The notes beneath the pieces are model-generated. The model ran no database searches. It had not been told where the DNA came from and saw only the letters and a program-made list of their open reading frames with translations. From positions 1-56,468 of the IMG/VR virus record IMGVR_UViG_3300020282_000004: a stretch of DNA of 56,468 nucleotides. One strand, 5' to 3'. Source of the stretch: a virus. Its lineage: Duplodnaviria > Caudoviricetes. The position numbers were made by a program, and so were the translations under genes. Of the stretch, positions 1 to 9,895 are shown piece after piece. How positions within the stretch are numbered: the stretch's first letter is position 1; each line of letters starts with the position of its first letter.

Positions 1-365
1 GCTCTTTGAACAGGAGGCGGTCTATCATCGCCAGGAGAGGCACCACCTCTTATAGCATATTTCAATTCGTCATGCGTAAACCCTGCACCTTTAGCTCCTG
101 CAGCTTTTCTTCTTTGTACTTCTTTATGAAAGCCTCTTGTATCACCGCCTTTAAAATTGAATGTGCCTACTGCTGCACCTACAGGCTTACCCTCAACCAT
201 CTGCCTAGCTGCCATAGTGTACTTACCCATCTTGGATGCTGCTGCAGGACTAGCTGCTAGGAAAGCATTGATAGACTTCTGATCCATAGGTCCGTCATAG
301 CCCAGTGCTGGGAGTATCTTGTTAGTCATTGTCTCAGGCTTGAACCCTGCAAATTTTTTAGCCAT
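1..365 (-). CDS. 5' part of internal virion (ejection) protein, runs off the left edge
   Basis: ATG at 365 (MAKKFAGFKPETMTNKILPALGYDGPMDQ...), frame open to position 1; not in ORF track; probably the N-terminus of the gene ending at 54975. Confidence 0.7.
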   Translation of the reverse strand, partial: MAKKFAGFKPETMTNKILPALGYDGPMDQKSINAFLAASPAAASKMGKYTMAARQMVEGKPVGAAVGTFNFKGGDTRGFHKEVQRRKAAGAKGAGFTHDELKYAIRGGASPGDDRPPPVQR

Positions 366-368
366 TTT

Positions 369-611
369 TTATTTCCCTATTTGCATCCACACTGATGCGG
401 CAATGAATGTTATTACTGCTACGGTTGACATCTTTACAATAGTTGACCACACACCTCTTCTTGTATCACGCCAAGTTTCTAATAAGTTACGCATTTCAAC
501 TATATCTTTACGAGCATCGTCATCATGCAATCCCACCTCACGCAACGCTTCTGTAGCACCACGCTTGGCTGCACGATCTAACATATTTTCTAGTTCTTCT
601 GGTGTTATCAT
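369..611 (-). CDS. small membrane protein with C-terminal TM helix (DUF6127-like, possible holin)
   Basis: Likely start at the ATGA overlap (608-611) with the upstream stop; MITPEELENMLDRAAKRGA...C-terminal hydrophobic helix. Confidence 0.55.
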   Translation of the reverse strand: MITPEELENMLDRAAKRGATEALREVGLHDDDARKDIVEMRNLLETWRDTRRGVWSTIVKMSTVAVITFIAASVWMQIGK

Positions 612-1423
612 TTCCATGCTGCTGCCGTAAGTTGCATAAGAGTTCCCCCTGGTACAACATTGTATCCAGGGTTGGTTTGAGTACATGTATAAGTTCTGGT
701 GCCTGAGGGTGTTTGTCCATCGTACCAAGCAAAGTGAGCCGAAGCTGACTCCATGTGAATTTGCTCTATGGAGTCTGCATTAGTAACTGTTATTCCAGTT
801 TGGCTAAAGCTGTCCTCAGTAATTCCAGAACCTATTGTCATACCATTAAACTGGCTGCTTACAGAGATAGAAGCAGTGTAATCTACATTAGTTTGTTGAG
901 CCGTAGCTGTTGCATAAGGAGTAGAACTATTATAACCAGTTATTTCATATACATATAAATTTGACCTACCACTACCCCCATTGCCAGAAATATAAACAGT
1001 TCCTGATGCGGAAGTTTGTAGATAGTATACTGCAGATGTATATGCTGCTTGCCATATTCCGCTAACTGGAGTAACTGTGTCAACTTTTGCGGCTTGTGTC
1101 ATGTTTGTACCACCAAGACGCACATATGTATTTCCTGATCCTGCTAACTGAAGTGTAACAACGACTACCTTTGTACCAGAACTAAGATTAATATACCCTA
1201 ATGGAAAGCCATCAGATGTTGTTGTTGCTCTACCTCTATAGCTTACAGAAGGAGAACTTGCAGAAACTCCACGATACTCACTAAAAGCGTTCTGAGCGTT
1301 ATTACCTTTACCAATCATAGATCGTATGTCAGAGTCATTGATAGAGCAGAGTGAATTGTTTGCACCACCTGCTTCAACGTGAATTTGATTTAGACTTATT
1401 GAACCACTACTGGGGAGAGGCAT
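608..1423 (-). CDS. tail fibre tip / receptor-binding protein
   Basis: N-terminal MPLPSSGSISLNQI..E.GG motif typical of fibre-tip proteins; S/T/G-rich; follows the S74-chaperone fibre. Confidence 0.55.
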   Translation of the reverse strand: MPLPSSGSISLNQIHVEAGGANNSLCSINDSDIRSMIGKGNNAQNAFSEYRGVSASSPSVSYRGRATTTSDGFPLGYINLSSGTKVVVVTLQLAGSGNTYVRLGGTNMTQAAKVDTVTPVSGIWQAAYTSAVYYLQTSASGTVYISGNGGSGRSNLYVYEITGYNSSTPYATATAQQTNVDYTASISVSSQFNGMTIGSGITEDSFSQTGITVTNADSIEQIHMESASAHFAWYDGQTPSGTRTYTCTQTNPGYNVVPGGTLMQLTAAAWK

Positions 1424-2238
1424 TACTCACACTCACACTTTTTACACTTACACTGTTCTAGTTCTGCTTTTATTTCTTTTATGGCTTCAATAAGTACACC
1501 TACTATGTTACCATATGCTACAGATAAGTACTCACCGTCCTGTACAACCTCTGGCATAACTTGCTGCATCTCTTGAGCTATAACACCTGTGCCACGCTCA
1601 CCATCTTTGTCATACATAACACCACGCATCTGCGATACTTTGTCTAGCGCACCTTCTATGGTTTCTACATTTTCTTTTAGTCTCTCATCTGAAAACGCTG
1701 TAATGTTTCCTGTCGCTACAAACGCACCAGACAAGTTGTTGCCGTTGTTAGACAGGTTACCTAAACCTACTTCTGCAGGGGTGTCAATAGTACAAGTAAT
1801 AACACCAGTGCTGCTATTATAAGATATACCAGTCCCTGCAGATAAAGCTGATCTAGCAGTATTAGTTATGCCTCCACCAGCAGTAGACAAACTTCCATTC
1901 ACAGTTAAGTTGCCTGTTATTGTAGCATTCTCATCTACAGTAAGTGTATCTGTTTTTACTGTACCATCAAAATGACCATCCTTAAATTGTAATGCTGATG
2001 TACCTAAGTCTAGTGTATTATTAGTCTTGGGTCTTACTTGAGATGCGGTAACAACTAAGTCTTGAGATGGACCAACCTTTTCAATAGGTGCGCCCTCTGC
2101 TGCTGTACCATCATGGGTGTGACCAGTGCTGGCATTAAATGCTGACTGAATCTGATTGTACTCATCGTTAAAATCATCAGCGTCAATAACACTTCCTGTA
2201 GCTATGTTAGCTGTTGCTTGTCTTGTATAACCTGCCAT
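1423..2238 (-). CDS. tail fibre/needle protein with C-terminal S74 intramolecular chaperone
   Basis: N-terminal MAGYTRQ...DADDFNDEYNQ anchor; C-terminal FSDERLKEN...GVIAQE...VAYGNIVGVLIEAIKE. Confidence 0.75.
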   Translation of the reverse strand: MAGYTRQATANIATGSVIDADDFNDEYNQIQSAFNASTGHTHDGTAAEGAPIEKVGPSQDLVVTASQVRPKTNNTLDLGTSALQFKDGHFDGTVKTDTLTVDENATITGNLTVNGSLSTAGGGITNTARSALSAGTGISYNSSTGVITCTIDTPAEVGLGNLSNNGNNLSGAFVATGNITAFSDERLKENVETIEGALDKVSQMRGVMYDKDGERGTGVIAQEMQQVMPEVVQDGEYLSVAYGNIVGVLIEAIKEIKAELEQCKCKKCECE

Positions 2239-2240
2239 AA

Positions 2241-4763
2241 TTACTGCCTATCGTTTTGTCTATACTCAAGCACTGCTGTGTCAAGAGTAAAGGTTGGATT
2301 TGTTGAGTTATCTGTAATACGCATTGCTATTGTTTTGAAAGAACCAATTACGTTTTCTTTATATATTTGATCTAGCACACCACCAAAGGATGCACCACCA
2401 TATATAGAATTAGAAGCACCATAAAGAAATACACCAGCCCCTGCTGCTGACGAGGATATTGGTATTGTGTTTGGCTGAACAATACTTGGGTCATTCTTTG
2501 AATCAAAGTCTATTTTAAAGTTTAAATCCAAATTCATAGTGCCTGTAGGCTGTGCGTACAAAGTTAACTTGTACATTGTCTTACGTATCTGTGGGTCTGT
2601 TATGGGCATAAACGGAGATTCATATATTGACTCTATAGCGCTACCATCAAAAGAATTACCTGAGTCCATTCTATAACAAAAGCCATCATCGTTTGCAAAC
2701 ATAATAGTTTCTTGTGCGCCTGAGTATGTACTGTCTGCTACGTTTACCTTGAGTCCTTTGGTTGTTGACCAAGCTATACCACTACCACCTTGAGCGATAA
2801 ATTTAGTTGCTATTAAACCTGCTGCGCTTGCTGCTTGCACTGAGGGTATGTATGCAAATAGTCTATACTGAGACTTACCCCTAACTAATACAGAACAGAA
2901 TGTATCCGTTTGTGCTATAAACTCGTTTGCGTCTTTATAAATAGGATCAGATGCAATGTCAAGAGCAAGGTCACCGATACGGTCAGTAGCACTAAGTAAA
3001 CGTATACCATCAGGAGATAGGTATGCTATGTCACCACCAAATTCTTGAATACTGTCTGGGTTGATACATCCTATTCTATCTGTTATAGGCTCTAGCCTAA
3101 AGTCAGAAGAAGTATTACCTACAAGCTTTTTAATTGTGTCCGTAGTAAAGATGATAAGCTGATCACGAAAGCCTATCATACCTGTTACATCAAAGCCTAT
3201 GTTTATAGTACCAGCACCATTACCTGTAGCAAAATCATCTACTGTGTTGGGTGCTGTAAAAAATATCTTACTACCTTTGGAATAGAATGCGTGGTTTTTA
3301 AATACTGCTACATTCTCTGCACCCTGAACATCTGAGCTATTTGAAGACGTAAGATTTACTGTAGTATTTCCGCTTGCATTGAATATTGTAGGAAAGCTTT
3401 TACTGTCTACAAATATAGTCTTATCTTCTTGTGTAAAATTAAAAGATGCATATCTTGCTTTTAGTGTATTTGTAGAGGAGCTTGTACCTATGTGTGACCA
3501 AGTAGTTCCTGTTCCATGAAAGTATAATGTTTTGTCAACCTGACTAGAGTGAAATGTACCAAAGGTAAGAACAGTGTTGTCTGCTATTGATTGAGCAGAG
3601 TCAAGCACAATATTACTTTGATTTGTTAGTGACGCTACTTTTACAACACCTGATATACCTGCGCCTGTAACAAACATACCAGCTACTATATTAGTAATAA
3701 AACTAACCACAACGTTGTCAGCTATAGATACTGCTTTGTCCAGTACAATACTGTTTTGACTAGTTACTGTTTTTACTGTTACAGTACCGCTTATACCAGT
3801 GCCACTTATTATCATACCTCTGGTAATAGTTCCACTAAAAACTACACCACTACCAGCGACAGATACTCCTGTTATCGGTCCCTCTGCTAAACCTGTGCCA
3901 GCTATTGTAGCTGCTGTTATACCACCAGAACCATCTACTCCAGTTATTGTAATGGTTGCATCATTAGCAGTAGTAGCACCATTTAACTGTGTGCCAACGA
4001 TAGTAATTGTTTCACTGGCTGTAAAACCTGAACCTGCTGCAGTAATAGCTACGGTATATGTAGTACCTGTTTTAACTACATTGAATGTAGCACTACTACC
4101 AGAACCACTATAGCCAGACTGTGTTGGGTTAGTATATGTAACAGCACTAGAGCCGACAGAGGTAACTGTAACAGTTGCGTTGTTTGCTGCAGTTGCGCCA
4201 CCTAAGTTTGCGCCAAGCACCGTTACTGTTTCGTTAACCTTGAAGCCTGTACCTGCTGCATTTATTGCTGCTGTGTAAGTACCGTTTGTGTTTGTTATAT
4301 CAAACGTAGCACTTGCACCAGCTAAAGAAGTAGCACCTGTAACTCCTGTAAAAGTACGTATTCTATCTAGTGTTAATGTTGTGCCATTAGTAACAGCGCC
4401 ATTTACAACTGCTGTGGCTGTGTTGTTATCGAGAGCTACTGCAGTGCCTGAAGATACTGCACCGTTTACTGTAGATGTAGCTGTTTGATATTCTGTTACA
4501 GTAGCAGTGTCCATTTTTCTGGCTGTTACAACTCTGCCAGAAGATATAACCTTCATAGCAAGAACATCCCCACCGCCAGGAACTAGTGTCGAACTAAACT
4601 TGCTATAGCCTTTTAGCTTACTGTAGCCCCCTTCTCTATCAGACTCAAAGTTCTGTAAAATAGTAGCAGAGCCTACAGCGTTAGTACCCTGTTGTAGTGG
4701 AGTGAGGTTAGATATTAACCCTCCCTTGAACTCCATAGGAAATGTCGTCCATTGTACTGGCAT
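2241..4763 (-). CDS. tail nozzle / tubular protein B-like, with a large inserted beta-repeat stalk
   Basis: GGL N-terminus, IGCINPDSIQEFGGDIAYLSPDGIR propeller-type motif, located after the adaptor gene. Confidence 0.7.
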   Translation of the reverse strand: MPVQWTTFPMEFKGGLISNLTPLQQGTNAVGSATILQNFESDREGGYSKLKGYSKFSSTLVPGGGDVLAMKVISSGRVVTARKMDTATVTEYQTATSTVNGAVSSGTAVALDNNTATAVVNGAVTNGTTLTLDRIRTFTGVTGATSLAGASATFDITNTNGTYTAAINAAGTGFKVNETVTVLGANLGGATAANNATVTVTSVGSSAVTYTNPTQSGYSGSGSSATFNVVKTGTTYTVAITAAGSGFTASETITIVGTQLNGATTANDATITITGVDGSGGITAATIAGTGLAEGPITGVSVAGSGVVFSGTITRGMIISGTGISGTVTVKTVTSQNSIVLDKAVSIADNVVVSFITNIVAGMFVTGAGISGVVKVASLTNQSNIVLDSAQSIADNTVLTFGTFHSSQVDKTLYFHGTGTTWSHIGTSSSTNTLKARYASFNFTQEDKTIFVDSKSFPTIFNASGNTTVNLTSSNSSDVQGAENVAVFKNHAFYSKGSKIFFTAPNTVDDFATGNGAGTINIGFDVTGMIGFRDQLIIFTTDTIKKLVGNTSSDFRLEPITDRIGCINPDSIQEFGGDIAYLSPDGIRLLSATDRIGDLALDIASDPIYKDANEFIAQTDTFCSVLVRGKSQYRLFAYIPSVQAASAAGLIATKFIAQGGSGIAWSTTKGLKVNVADSTYSGAQETIMFANDDGFCYRMDSGNSFDGSAIESIYESPFMPITDPQIRKTMYKLTLYAQPTGTMNLDLNFKIDFDSKNDPSIVQPNTIPISSSAAGAGVFLYGASNSIYGGASFGGVLDQIYKENVIGSFKTIAMRITDNSTNPTFTLDTAVLEYRQNDRQ

Positions 4764-5452
4764 TAAAAGTGTACTCTTGTATCTCTTATGTATGGTGTTC
4801 TATTTATATTTATAGAACGTAGGTATTTTATTTGTTCTTCAAATTTTCTAAGAGCAACATCTGCTGCTGGTGTGTCGCCTCTAAACTGAAATGCGTAATA
4901 CATAGCACCATCAACTATGGCAAACCTATACTGCTCTGGTAGGGCAGGAACATCTAGTGCATTCTCTAAGTCATAACCTAGTGTGTAATATTCATATACT
5001 ATGGTGTAGGCTTTGTCAGGAACAGGGTGACATATAAGTTCTCTGCCTGGAGTTCTTACAATAAACTTAGGGATACCACGTATGTTTGCGTCTGTGTTAA
5101 ACTCATCATCAGCATACTTTTCTAGCCACTCTTCATATACTAAATTCTTTAACTTTTTTGTACCAACATTTAAGCTATTATCTCTTCTTACACGAAAAGA
5201 ATCCATATCTATTGTCTTAGCGTCTGTCGGATAAAAGTACTTCATAGTACCTGCATTTAACACCAAGTCTGCTTGTACATGATTCCAAGGCCACTCATAC
5301 TCTTCTTGGTTAATGTGTCTAACTGCTGAGTTTATAGAATCTTTAGCTAAACTGTAATAGCCTACAGCAGAAGCAAAGTTTGTTTCCGTTAGTGCTACCT
5401 CATTTAGTCTTTTATTAACATCATTAACTAAGCCGAGAAAATTATAAGCCAT
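4763..5452 (-). CDS. tail adaptor / tubular protein A-like
   Basis: 229 aa, LVNDVNKRLNEV...EWPWN...P.PDKAYTIVYEYY pattern, position before the nozzle. Confidence 0.7.
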   Translation of the reverse strand: MAYNFLGLVNDVNKRLNEVALTETNFASAVGYYSLAKDSINSAVRHINQEEYEWPWNHVQADLVLNAGTMKYFYPTDAKTIDMDSFRVRRDNSLNVGTKKLKNLVYEEWLEKYADDEFNTDANIRGIPKFIVRTPGRELICHPVPDKAYTIVYEYYTLGYDLENALDVPALPEQYRFAIVDGAMYYAFQFRGDTPAADVALRKFEEQIKYLRSININRTPYIRDTRVHF

Positions 5453-5770
5453 TTATCTGTTCCTAACAGGTAATATCACAGAACGCTCGAATGTTAAACC
5501 TTGTGTGGTGTTTATTCGACAAGTGACATTATATCTTAAATTGTTTATTCCTTGAGCGAAACGTGCGGTAGCAACATTTCCAGAAACGGTAGATTGTATA
5601 AACTGTATTCCGTTTACAATTAATGCGGTTGTTAGTTGTGTTTTAGTTCCGTTCTCATCATCAATAAAAAATACAGTAGATACTATGGTGTCATCACCTA
5701 AAAACCTAGACCAGTCTACGCTGAAGTCCGAAGTTTCATCAGGGTCTTTTTCAGGCCATTTGTAAGACAT
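5453..5770 (-). CDS. fibre-tail adaptor-like virion protein
   Basis: WPEKDPDE..DFSVDW motif, 105 aa, structural context. Confidence 0.6.
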   Translation of the reverse strand: MSYKWPEKDPDETSDFSVDWSRFLGDDTIVSTVFFIDDENGTKTQLTTALIVNGIQFIQSTVSGNVATARFAQGINNLRYNVTCRINTTQGLTFERSVILPVRNR

Positions 5771-5779
5771 GTCTTATCC

Positions 5780-7135
5780 TTAATTAGTTATGTATACTAC
5801 GTTGTGTCTGTTTACAGGACGTATAACTACGGTTCTACTTTCTTTAGGTATGTATATTGTTCTATCTACATTAAAAGGTAGTATTACTACTGTTCTACCT
5901 CTTTCAAACTTATCCGCAATTTCATCAAACGGAAACAACACACCTTCAGCAGTAGTTGTACCTTGTTGTAGTCCTACATTTATGTCGGCTATTGTAAAGT
6001 TTGCTAGACCAGTTATACTCGGTACTGTCTGACTAAACAAAGAAGCTGCACCAGTAGGTGTGTGGTTTGCTTTTCCTTGAGCAGTTAGTGAAACAGGAAC
6101 ACCACTTGTAGTTATTGTGTTACCCATACCATTGCCGTGTACAGTACAGTAGTATCTTAGTCCTATACTAGGTGCGTTGCTTGGCACAGTAAACGTTACA
6201 CTTGCACCAGATTGACCAGGAGTACCACTGCTTGTTACACCATCTGTGTAACTATTGTTACCACTCTTGAATGCTAGTGGATGTCCAGACACAGATGAAT
6301 CACTAAGATCAAATACGTATGTAGTTCCCCTTACGAGTTGTAGCGTTGGTGTAGTAACTCCATTGAGTACATACTTGTTACCGCCAGAACTTACAACTGT
6401 TACAGTAAAATTAGTAGTGCTGTTTACTGTAGTTATGGTATTACCCATACCGTTGCCGTGTACGGTACAGTAATATCTTGCTGGCTGTGTGCCTGATGCT
6501 GGTACTACAAGAGTTACTGTTGCTCCTGACTGACCTGCTGTTCCGCTTGTTGTAACTCCTGTAGTAAAAGAGTTACCAGAAGCATCCTTAAACCTAAATG
6601 GGTGTCCACTGTTACTGCTGTCACTTACATCAAAGACGTATGTTAGTCCTCTGACCAAGGTTAGTTCAGCAGTAGTGACACCATCTATTGCATACTTATT
6701 ACCGCCAGATTGTACAACTGTCACTGTGTAGTTATGTGTAGTTGCTCCTGCTGTGTCACCAAATACATTACCAAGTATGCCAGCTTGCGTTGGTAAGTTT
6801 GTATTAGCTACACCTGCTACGTTGGGTGCGTTGGCTGTGAATGATGCAGACAAAGAAGTTGCATTAGAGTTTGCTGCACCTGATAACGTTAGAGCAGCTA
6901 TGCTTGTGGTGCTTGCTACATTAGCACTAGTTATATTTGCTTTTCCGTCAAAGTCAAGCGTACCGTTAGTTGTAGCAGCAGAAACTCCTGTTAATGCAGG
7001 TAGATTAACACCACCAGAGAATATAGCTGTACCTAGTAGGGCTTGTGCAGATACAGAAGCAGGTGTGACACCGATAGTGTGTCTAGTTAGCTCTGCTGAG
7101 AACGGTGTCTCTGATACTGCAGCAAAGCCAAACAT
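5780..7135 (-). CDS. virion protein with two tandem cupredoxin-like repeats
   Basis: MFGF..SETPFS N-terminus; two ~100 aa repeats L.RG.TY.FD.SDSS..GHP..F...YYCTVHGNGMG. Confidence 0.65.
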   Translation of the reverse strand: MFGFAAVSETPFSAELTRHTIGVTPASVSAQALLGTAIFSGGVNLPALTGVSAATTNGTLDFDGKANITSANVASTTSIAALTLSGAANSNATSLSASFTANAPNVAGVANTNLPTQAGILGNVFGDTAGATTHNYTVTVVQSGGNKYAIDGVTTAELTLVRGLTYVFDVSDSSNSGHPFRFKDASGNSFTTGVTTSGTAGQSGATVTLVVPASGTQPARYYCTVHGNGMGNTITTVNSTTNFTVTVVSSGGNKYVLNGVTTPTLQLVRGTTYVFDLSDSSVSGHPLAFKSGNNSYTDGVTSSGTPGQSGASVTFTVPSNAPSIGLRYYCTVHGNGMGNTITTSGVPVSLTAQGKANHTPTGAASLFSQTVPSITGLANFTIADINVGLQQGTTTAEGVLFPFDEIADKFERGRTVVILPFNVDRTIYIPKESRTVVIRPVNRHNVVYITN

Positions 7136-7651
7136 TTATTCAACTTCTGCGATTATATTTGTATAACGTGGATGATCTCCTACACGTCCTTGTCCACTAG
7201 ATATATTACAAAATGCCCTAGCACGAAACGTTCTTTGCGTAGTTCCTGAATTAGAATATGAATTAAGGCAGTTGTATTGTAAGCGCAAACCATCTGGAAC
7301 AGCATAGTCATCTGCGTAGTTTAGCCAGTTTGAAACTAATTGACTTGATGTATTACCAGTCGTTGTTTCGTCTACATATAATTGTGTCCAGCCATAAGAA
7401 GCACTAGCTCTATCAGACGACCTGCTAAACAATATTGGATTAGACCAAAATATTAAAGTTGAACTTGTAGACTTTGGAGTAATGCTTATACTAGGAAAGT
7501 TATAGCTATTATTATAAGCAAACGCTGTTTCAGCCGTTGTTCCATGATTTATAAGAAACTGCAAAATAGCACCATTAGCAAAGGCAGAAGGTATAATGTC
7601 CTTGTTTGCATCTAATAAAAAAGGTGAGGCTAAGTTTCGTGCGTTGCTCAT
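7136..7651 (-). CDS. fibre/adhesin module
   Basis: MSNARNLA N-terminus, SITPKSTSS motif shared with 11057-11578. Confidence 0.55.
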   Translation of the reverse strand: MSNARNLASPFLLDANKDIIPSAFANGAILQFLINHGTTAETAFAYNNSYNFPSISITPKSTSSTLIFWSNPILFSRSSDRASASYGWTQLYVDETTTGNTSSQLVSNWLNYADDYAVPDGLRLQYNCLNSYSNSGTTQRTFRARAFCNISSGQGRVGDHPRYTNIIAEVE

Positions 7652-7660
7652 GTGTTCCTC

Positions 7661-8638
7661 CTAACTTAGTAAACAAATTGTAAAGGTACTTTCTGAACCA
7701 GCGTGTAATTTACCATTTGTACCAACTATAGTAATTGTATCGTTAGCAGAACAGTTGAATATACCTCCAGAAGCTATCATACCGCCATACGTGCTTCCAC
7801 TATTGTAACTTTGATCGTAGCCACGAAAAAACCCACTTCCATTTTTTTTGATTTCATACCTAGCTACTTCTCCACTTGACGTATTATCGTCCATCAAAAT
7901 ACTTACAAAAACCCAGTATCTTCCAGCCACAGGGCAAGTCCAAACACCAGTGCTATTATTCCAGTGATTTCCAATATTATGTTGCAGATCATTTAGATAA
8001 AGATTTACATTAAGAGATACATACCCAGAAGTACTAATTGGGCGAATTGCCGTACCTGACATTGATGGCTGATAGGGCATTGTCACATTGCCTGATGTAT
8101 CTATCTGTAATCTGGTAGTACCATTTGTTAAGCCGTGGTTTGTACCAGTGTGTATGTTGACTGTATCTGCACCACCAATATACATAGCCTCTGCACCAGA
8201 ACCATTAGTATAAGAAGTAATGTAGCCTGTGTCTGTACCAGCAGCTTTAAACTGTATTCCACCATAATTACCACTGTCTACGGTAAGGTTTGTTGTTGTA
8301 GAAGTATCAACAGTTAAAGCACCTGTCATGGTATCGCCAGTAGCATTGACGTATCTCGTATCTGCTGCTGTTTGAGTAATTGCATCACCAACGCTAAACG
8401 TATTGTATGCAACAACTTCTATCTCATCACCTGCTGCTGCACCTGATGTAAGTGTTACTGCTGATCCATTGCTTGTATAGTCTACTGTTTCATCTAAGAG
8501 CAAGCCATTCATAAATACCTGTACAAATCCCTGTGTGTGGGATATAGTAAAGGCTGTCTGTCCTGCAGTAGCTGTAAACGTAGTACTGCTGTAATTGCCA
8601 GAACCTATGAGGTTAGCTACATCTCTTGCTCTTGTCAT
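7661..8638 (-). CDS. fibre protein with C-terminal C1q-like head
   Basis: MTRARDVA, TFTATAGQTAF repeat, NIGNHWNNSTGVWTCPVAGRY C1q-like motif. Confidence 0.6.
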   Translation of the reverse strand: MTRARDVANLIGSGNYSSTTFTATAGQTAFTISHTQGFVQVFMNGLLLDETVDYTSNGSAVTLTSGAAAGDEIEVVAYNTFSVGDAITQTAADTRYVNATGDTMTGALTVDTSTTTNLTVDSGNYGGIQFKAAGTDTGYITSYTNGSGAEAMYIGGADTVNIHTGTNHGLTNGTTRLQIDTSGNVTMPYQPSMSGTAIRPISTSGYVSLNVNLYLNDLQHNIGNHWNNSTGVWTCPVAGRYWVFVSILMDDNTSSGEVARYEIKKNGSGFFRGYDQSYNSGSTYGGMIASGGIFNCSANDTITIVGTNGKLHAGSESTFTICLLS

Positions 8639-8889
8639 TCGGGGTTGATCTCCGCTAAATGTTTAGCATATGCTGTTTTGATTGCATCTGTGTGTACTTG
8701 TGCAGCAATAGCTTTTACATCATCACTTTCGCCTGATGTATCAGAATCTGGTGCTAAAACATGTCGGTGAAATGATCTGCTAATCTCTACACCATCACGC
8801 TTGATAACAGTTGCGGTCCTCACCTGTATCATTTTGTAATCACCGACTATCTCTATTTTATCTTGTACTGTTTCTTCTGTTAATGCCAT
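8635..8889 (-). CDS. small fibre-associated protein (possible chaperone)
   Basis: 84 aa, AGGAG RBS, DKIEIV..YK.IQVRTATVI.RDG.EISRSFHRHV; follows a fibre gene. Confidence 0.55.
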   Translation of the reverse strand: MALTEETVQDKIEIVGDYKMIQVRTATVIKRDGVEISRSFHRHVLAPDSDTSGESDDVKAIAAQVHTDAIKTAYAKHLAEINPE

Positions 8890-8920
8890 TATTTATCTCC
8901 TTATGGTTAATGGACTGACT

Positions 8921-8940
8921 ACCCAGCCTCCGACTGGGGT
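8921..8940 (-). terminator. intergenic GC stem-loop (attenuator or processing site)
   Basis: CCCAGT-CGGAG-GCTGGG inverted repeat (one G-U pair) directly after the 8942 stop; no strong U tract. Confidence 0.35.
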
Positions 8941-8941
8941 G

Positions 8942-9886
8942 TTATGTTGACATATAGTGAAAACGCATAATCATATTAGTATCACTATATAAACTATTAT
9001 AACGAACAGGACTGTAACCTGAGCTTCCACCAGCACCATAATAAAATCCACAATTTGTGTTTGATGAACCAGAATAAATATAAAAACTATTAGCTGATCC
9101 TAATCTATTTCCCCAAACACTACCTATATTATTATTATAATAAGTTGCATTAATTGTAAAAGGTAATCCTGTAAGTGTAACAATACCAGTGCTTGAAACA
9201 TCGGTAGGATTTGCCAATCTACAACCAGCGGTTACCAATTTACCTATTTTAATATAAAAAGCACTGTTTGCTTGAAGAGTAACACTCCCCGATGCAAAAG
9301 CTGGAGTCCAAGTTCCCTCTTCGTAATCTTCTAACTTATTACTAGCCCCAGTTCCACCAAGATTTATACCATCTGAAGCAACAATGTTACCTGAAAAAGT
9401 AGCACCAGTTGTATTTGCTAAAGGTATCCAAGCTCCAGCGTGAGAGTAGTAAGCTAATCCAGTATTGTGTACGTGGGCAAACATACCGTGGTAGGTGGAT
9501 GCGCTGGGTAAGTCTGATACGTTGTTGTATAGGTTTGCGTAGGTAATCTTGTTGGAACCAAAGTCTACATCACCACTAAACGTGCCGCCTGTAGCAGGTA
9601 CATAGTCGCTGTTAGGTATGTCTGTCTGTAAAGCTGTAATACTAACAATGTCGTTAAGGTTTGCTGCAGACGCTAGTGTAACTGTGTTGCCGTTACTTGT
9701 GGAGAAGTCGCTCTCATCCATGAGAATGCCGTTGACAAAGACTTCTATTTGCCCATCGGTAAACCCTAAAGTCTTGCCATCATCGTCAGCACCAGTAAAA
9801 GCTGTTTGCCCCTGCGAAGCAGTGTAGTCAAACTTAGCTCTCCCGAAGGATCTAACATCTTTTGGTTCTGTGCCTATGTATGACAT
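8942..9886 (-). CDS. tail fibre protein
   Basis: MSYIG N-terminus, YTASQGQTAF repeat, LEDYEEGTWTP...YIKIGKLV fibre-tip motif. Confidence 0.65.
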   Translation of the reverse strand: MSYIGTEPKDVRSFGRAKFDYTASQGQTAFTGADDDGKTLGFTDGQIEVFVNGILMDESDFSTSNGNTVTLASAANLNDIVSITALQTDIPNSDYVPATGGTFSGDVDFGSNKITYANLYNNVSDLPSASTYHGMFAHVHNTGLAYYSHAGAWIPLANTTGATFSGNIVASDGINLGGTGASNKLEDYEEGTWTPAFASGSVTLQANSAFYIKIGKLVTAGCRLANPTDVSSTGIVTLTGLPFTINATYYNNNIGSVWGNRLGSANSFYIYSGSSNTNCGFYYGAGGSSGYSPVRYNSLYSDTNMIMRFHYMST

Positions 9887-9895
9887 TGATATTCC

